Assembly (NCBI GenBank): GCA_963749705.1
Contig: CAVVNQ010000003.1
Location: 320,001-384,000, forward strand
Length of the DNA: 64,000 bases
Source of the DNA: an uncultured Chloroflexia bacterium
Lineage (GTDB): Bacteria; Chloroflexota; Limnocylindria; Limnocylindrales; CSP1-4
Reading direction: 5' to 3'
Part shown: piece by piece, positions 59,573-64,000 of the stretch
Layout of the letters: the number at the start of each line of letters is the position of its first letter
Position numbering within the stretch: the stretch's first letter is position 1
The notes under the pieces: model-generated
Told to the model about the DNA's origin: nothing
Database searches by the model: none
Seen by the model: the letters and a program-made list of their open reading frames with translations, nothing else
Translations under genes and position numbers: made by a program

Positions 59573-60532
59573 ATGACCCCACGCCTCGCCAGTCGCCAGG
59601 CCCGCCGTCGCGGCATCACGTTCACGATCCTGCTCGCCGTGACGCTGCTCATGATGGCCTTCTCGGCCAACCCCTACGTCCAGGACTTCCAGCGCGGGAT
59701 GTCGTTCGCGCTGCGACCGCTCCAGGGTGCCATCGCCGGCGTCGCCGACAGCGTCGCGGGGGTCGCCGGGGCCATCGGCGAGATCGACCAGCTTCGAACC
59801 GACAATGCCGCCCTGCGCGACGAGAACGACCGCCTCACCAACGAGAACGCGCGGCTCGAGCTGGTCAAGCGCGAGAACGACCAGCTGACGGCCCTCCTCC
59901 AGCTCCAGACCGGGTTCGACCATGCGACTGTGGCGACGCGCGTGATCGGTCGCGAGTCGCTCGACACTCGACGCCTGGTGATCCTCGACAAGGGCACCGA
60001 TGACGGGATCGCCCTGGGCGATGCGGTCATCGTCCAGGGCGGGGCACTGGCCGGGCGCGTGACCGATGTCGGCCCCAACTTCTCGAAGGTGACCCTGATC
60101 AGCGATCCCACGTCCACGGTCGTGGGCATGCTGCTCAACTCCGGGGCGGCCGGCGAGGTCGGCGGCCAGCCGGGCGGCGTCCTCGTCATGCGCAACATCG
60201 ATTCGTCGGTGCAGATCTCGACCGAGGAGGAGGTCTTCACCGCCGGGATCGAGCTCGCCGGAGGGATCCGTTCCCCGTACCCGAAGGGGCTCCTGCTGGG
60301 CAGCGTGGTGGACGTGCAGCGCGACGTCAACGATGTCGTCCAGACGGCGTTCCTGGTGCCCGCGGCGAACCTCGACTCGTTCGAGATGGCGCTGATCATC
60401 ACCGACTACCAGGGCGGCCTGCCGCCGGTCGACCAGCAGCCGGTCCCGTGCGGGACCGACGGCGTCGTGCCCGACGGCGAGGTGCCCTGCTACACGCCGT
60501 CGCCGCAACCCGGAAGCTCGGCCGGCTCCTGA
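59573..60532 (+). CDS. mreC: Rod shape-determining protein MreC
   Basis: N-terminal TM, coiled coil, LDKGTDDGI, LAGRV and YPKGLLLG motifs. Confidence 0.92.
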   Translation: MTPRLASRQARRRGITFTILLAVTLLMMAFSANPYVQDFQRGMSFALRPLQGAIAGVADSVAGVAGAIGEIDQLRTDNAALRDENDRLTNENARLELVKRENDQLTALLQLQTGFDHATVATRVIGRESLDTRRLVILDKGTDDGIALGDAVIVQGGALAGRVTDVGPNFSKVTLISDPTSTVVGMLLNSGAAGEVGGQPGGVLVMRNIDSSVQISTEEEVFTAGIELAGGIRSPYPKGLLLGSVVDVQRDVNDVVQTAFLVPAANLDSFEMALIITDYQGGLPPVDQQPVPCGTDGVVPDGEVPCYTPSPQPGSSAGS

Positions 60533-60608
60533 TCCGCCCGCCCGTCGTCCATGGCGTCGCGTGGCGTGGACGTCCGGCGCGGCGTGCCGCCCTGCTAGGC
60601 TGTCGCCG

Positions 60609-61376
60609 ATGAAGGGCCTCGTCCTCGCCGGTGGCACCGCGAGCCGGCTGTTCCCGCTCACGATCGTCACCAACAAGCACCTGCTCCCGATCTATGACCG
60701 GCCGATGATCTACTACCCGCTGGACACGCTGGCCGGCATGGGGATCCGCGAGGTCCTGGTGATCGTCGGCGGCAAGAGCGTCGGGGACATCGTGGAGCTG
60801 CTCGGTGACGGGCGGCACTTCGGCCTGGACCTGACCTACCGCTACCAGCGCGGCGCGCTGGGCATCGCGCACGCGATCGGCCTCGCGCGCGACTTCATCG
60901 GCGACGACTCGTTCTGCGTGGTCCTGGGCGACAACATCCTGCGAGGTCCCTCCCTGGCGGCCACGGCCCAGGCGTTCGACGATGGTCCGTGGGGCGCGGG
61001 CACGCTCCTCTACCGCGTCCCGGATCCGCAGCGGTTCGGCGTCGCGGAGCTGGACGCCGACGGCCGCGTGCTGGGCTTCGAGGAGAAGCCCGATCACCCG
61101 AAGAGCGACCTCATCCCGATCGGCGTGTACTTCCTGCGACCCGACGCGTTCGATGTGATCGAGACGCTGGCGCCATCCGGGCGCGGCGAGTTCGAGATCA
61201 CCGATGTGCTCAACCGCTACATCCCGGCCAGTGGCCTGTTCACGGAGGTGTACGACGGGCAGTGGACGGACGCGGGCACGGTCGCGTCGCTCCTCCACGC
61301 GGCCCAGCTCGCGGGGGCCGACGCCGAGGCCGGCCGCCTCGCGCCGCCGCCGGCGCACCCCAACGACGTCCGATGA
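60609..61376 (+). CDS. rfbA: Glucose-1-phosphate thymidylyltransferase (short RmlA/SpsI type)
   Basis: LAGGTASRLFPLT, KHLLPIYDRPMIYYPL, RGEFEITD and WTDAGT motifs. Confidence 0.92.
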   Translation: MKGLVLAGGTASRLFPLTIVTNKHLLPIYDRPMIYYPLDTLAGMGIREVLVIVGGKSVGDIVELLGDGRHFGLDLTYRYQRGALGIAHAIGLARDFIGDDSFCVVLGDNILRGPSLAATAQAFDDGPWGAGTLLYRVPDPQRFGVAELDADGRVLGFEEKPDHPKSDLIPIGVYFLRPDAFDVIETLAPSGRGEFEITDVLNRYIPASGLFTEVYDGQWTDAGTVASLLHAAQLAGADAEAGRLAPPPAHPNDVR

Positions 61377-62473
61377 CCCGCTCGGCCATCCCCGACGCCG
61401 CCCATCTCCTGGTCACCGGCGGAGCCGGGTTCATCGGCAGCCAGCTCGTGCGTGACGTGCTGGGCCGCCGCGACGGCACCCGGATCACCGTGCTCGACAA
61501 GCTCACCTACGCCGGCAACCGGGCGAACCTCGCGGCCGTCGAGGCCGACCCGGAACAGGCGGCGCGGTTCGCGTTCGTCCACGGCGACATCGCCGATCCG
61601 GCCGTGGTGGCGCCGCTTGCCGCCGCCGCCGACGCCATCGTGAACGTCGCCGCCGAGACCCATGTCGACCGCTCCATCCTGGATCCCGAGGCGTTCCTTC
61701 GGACGGGCGTGATCGGGGTGCACGTCCTGCTGGAGGCCGCCCGTCGCGAGACGGAGCGTGCCCGTGCCGGCGAACGGCCGGCCGCGCCTCGCTTCCTCCA
61801 GGTCAGCACCGACGAGGTCTACGGCTCGATCCCGACCGGCCGCAGCGTCGAGACCGATGCCCTCGCGCCGCGCAGCCCGTACGCGGCGGCGAAAGCGGCC
61901 GGCGAGCTGCTCGTCCGCGCCTACCACGTGACGTATGACGTCGACACCGTCGTGACCCGGGGCTCGAACACGTACGGGCCGTACCAGCACCCGGAGAAGC
62001 TGATCCCGCTGTTCGTCACCAACGCGCTGGCCGGAGAGCCGCTCCCGATGTACGGCGACGGGATGCAGATCCGCGACTGGCTCCACGTTGCGGACCACGC
62101 CGCGGCCATCGACTTCGTGCTCCGCCACGGGGAGCCGGGCGACGTCGTCAACGTCGCCGGCGGCACCGAGCTGCCGAACCGGGACGTCATCGGGCGGCTG
62201 CTGGCGGCGTGCGGCCGCGACTGGTCCCTGGTGCGGACGGTACCCGACCGGCCGGGCCACGATCGCCGGTATGCGATGGACGGCAGCAAGCTCGACGCGC
62301 TCGGCTGGGAGCCACGGGTGCCGTTCGAGCAGGGGCTGCCGGCGACCGTTGCCTGGTACCGCGAGCATCCCGACTGGATCGCGCAGTCGCGGACGGCCGA
62401 CTGGGACGCCTACTACGCCCGCCAGTACGCCGAGCGGCTGGAGCGCGGCGTCGTCGTCGACGAGGTGCGCTGA
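61373..62473 (+). CDS. rfbB: dTDP-glucose 4,6-dehydratase
   Basis: GGAGFIGS, DKLTYAGN, AAETHVDRS, STDEVYG and RPGHDRRY motifs. Confidence 0.95.
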   Translation: MTRSAIPDAAHLLVTGGAGFIGSQLVRDVLGRRDGTRITVLDKLTYAGNRANLAAVEADPEQAARFAFVHGDIADPAVVAPLAAAADAIVNVAAETHVDRSILDPEAFLRTGVIGVHVLLEAARRETERARAGERPAAPRFLQVSTDEVYGSIPTGRSVETDALAPRSPYAAAKAAGELLVRAYHVTYDVDTVVTRGSNTYGPYQHPEKLIPLFVTNALAGEPLPMYGDGMQIRDWLHVADHAAAIDFVLRHGEPGDVVNVAGGTELPNRDVIGRLLAACGRDWSLVRTVPDRPGHDRRYAMDGSKLDALGWEPRVPFEQGLPATVAWYREHPDWIAQSRTADWDAYYARQYAERLERGVVVDEVR

Positions 62474-62476
62474 CCG

Positions 62477-63412
62477 GTGCGGGTGGCCGTCACCGGCGCG
62501 CGCGGCCGGCTCGGCAGCGCGCTCGTCGAGGCCCTGGGCGCGTCGCCGTTCACAGGGGCCATGGGCCCGATCGCCTGGAGCCGGCCGGAGCTGGACCTGG
62601 ACACCCTTGACGTGGCGTCCGCGACCGCGCTCATCGATCGGGATCGCCCCGAGGTCGTGATCCACGCGGCAGCCTGGACCGATGTCGACGGCTGCGCCCG
62701 GGATCCGCAGCTCGCCCGGCGACGCAACGCGACCGCGACGGGGGAGCTTGCGGCTGCCTGCGCCGGGCGCGGGGTCGACCTGATCCTGATCTCGACCAAC
62801 GAGGTCTTCGACGGGTGGCGCGCGGACGGCACCGGGTACGCCCCGGACGACGTGCAGAACCCGATCAACGCGTACGGCGCGAGCAAGGCCGGGGCGGAGC
62901 GGCTCGCTCGCGAGGCGATCGAGGGTGGGGCAGGGGCAACCTCGCGCCTGGCGGTGGTCCGGACCGCGTGGCTCCACGGGCCGCCGGGCGGTGACTTCCC
63001 GGCCAAGATCGCGGCGGCGGCCATCCGGGCCCGCGATGCCGGGCAGCCACTGCGTGTCGTGGGCGACGAGATCGGCAGCCCGACCTACGCACCGGACGTG
63101 GCCGAGGCGCTGTGCGAGCTCCTTGCGGAGGACGCCTATTGCCCCGCTGGACCGGGCAGGGTCGCGGTCCACCACCTGGTCAACGAGGGACGCGCCTCAC
63201 GCGCCGACTGGGCACGGGAGGTGCTGCGCGCCACGGCAATCGATGTCGTCGTGCTCGACATCCCGGCCGCGGATTGGCCCCGCGCCTCCACCCCGCCGCG
63301 GTGGGCCGTGCTCGAGCCCACGTCGCTGCCCTCGGGTGAGCCCATGCGCGACTGGAGAGCGGCGTTCGCAGATGCGGTGCCGGCGCTCAGGCGAGCGCTC
63401 CGAGCGGGCTGA
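62477..63412 (+). CDS. rfbD: dTDP-4-dehydrorhamnose reductase
   Basis: GARGRLG, AAWTDVDG, YGASK and GSPTY motifs. Confidence 0.88.
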   Translation: MRVAVTGARGRLGSALVEALGASPFTGAMGPIAWSRPELDLDTLDVASATALIDRDRPEVVIHAAAWTDVDGCARDPQLARRRNATATGELAAACAGRGVDLILISTNEVFDGWRADGTGYAPDDVQNPINAYGASKAGAERLAREAIEGGAGATSRLAVVRTAWLHGPPGGDFPAKIAAAAIRARDAGQPLRVVGDEIGSPTYAPDVAEALCELLAEDAYCPAGPGRVAVHHLVNEGRASRADWAREVLRATAIDVVVLDIPAADWPRASTPPRWAVLEPTSLPSGEPMRDWRAAFADAVPALRRALRAG

Positions 63413-63535
63413 TCGGGGCGCCAGCCCATCCGTCGATCAGGATGACCCGGGCCGAGTGCCATCCCGTCGATCGGGCTGACCGGGGCGAGTGCCATCCCGT
63501 CGATCAGGCTGACCCGGGCGACCGTCACCCGTCGC
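63407..63535. repeat. ~33-bp imperfect tandem repeat, about 4 copies
   Basis: Unit GGCTGACCGGGGCGAGTGCCATCCCGTCGATCA with degenerate flanking copies and no unique spacers. Confidence 0.75.
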
Positions 63536-63739
63536 GGCGCGCCGGGTGCATCCCACCCGGACCGCCCTCATCCTCACCGGTCCGACGCGCTCCCAACGGT
63601 CACGGGGTCGAAAGGGCCACCCGCGCCCTGACCATCCAGCGATTGGCTGCGAACGCGCGCGCGTCGACGCTGGCAGGGCATTCATCCGTGCCCGGGCCTT
63701 CCCGCCGGGCGCCCCGCCAATTGACCGGAGCCTCGTACC

Positions 63740-64000
63740 TTGCGCAAGCTGGCCCTCGCCCTCGTCGCCGTGTTCCTCGTGGGCATCGGCACCTTCGCCG
63801 CTCCGAACGTCTCGCCCGCCGCCGCGGCCACCGGCCCCAAGGTCGCGATCATCGTTGGCGCCACGCACGACGCGACCGATACGTACCGGAGCTACGCCGA
63901 TCAGATCTACGCGGAGGCGATCGCGTACACGAGCAACGTGGTCAAGGTCTACAGCCCCAGCGCCACCTGGTCGGCGGTCAAGGCGGCCGTCAACGGCGCC
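63740..64000 (+). CDS. Secreted protein, N-terminal part (runs off the window)
   Basis: Not in the ORF track. TTG after GGAG gives MRKLALALVAVFLVGIGTFAAPNVSPAAAATGPKVAIIVGATH...KVYSPSATW, with a signal peptide. Confidence 0.75.
   Translation, partial: MRKLALALVAVFLVGIGTFAAPNVSPAAAATGPKVAIIVGATHDATDTYRSYADQIYAEAIAYTSNVVKVYSPSATWSAVKAAVNGA

Noticed and set aside
63407-63535. Possible CRISPR array
   Set aside because: Units are contiguous with no unique spacers, copies are degenerate, and there are no cas genes in the window.

Overview
A 64-kb, very GC-rich chromosomal window. Gene content and style suggest Chloroflexota, possibly Limnocylindria/Ellin6529-like (inference only). Most of it is housekeeping: nucleoside hydrolase, Nth-like glycosylase, glucosylglycerate-type solute genes, galE, CCA enzyme, pdxS/T, tldD/E, tmk, darA, proline dehydrogenase, ppk2, guaB3/guaA, UPF0182, radC-mreBC and rmlABD. 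I saw no rRNA, tRNA, CRISPR array or transposase. The most striking region is ~23.1-35.2 kb. Four paralogous multi-pass membrane sensors each stop right after what looks like the first helix and strand of a GAF domain. One cytoplasmic PP2C phosphatase/RsbW-like kinase begins with the complementary remainder of a GAF domain, and two STAS proteins follow it. Unannotated, translationally coupled micro-ORFs lie between the sensors, and two carry the sensors' terminal 'V/L-W-x-R' motif. There is also a small secreted protein and three copies of an 11-bp-period direct-repeat operator, one in the promoter region shared with a divergent SARP/BTAD-STAND regulator that has a +1 frameshift. I propose this is a modular 'split-GAF' partner-switching system with interchangeable sensors. 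Other points of note are pervasive leaderless starts, a USP-USP-GpgS fusion, a Cys-to-His Fe-S motif in Nth and a G:U-rich 24-bp hairpin in the radC leader. All calls come from reading the sequence; no database searches were run.
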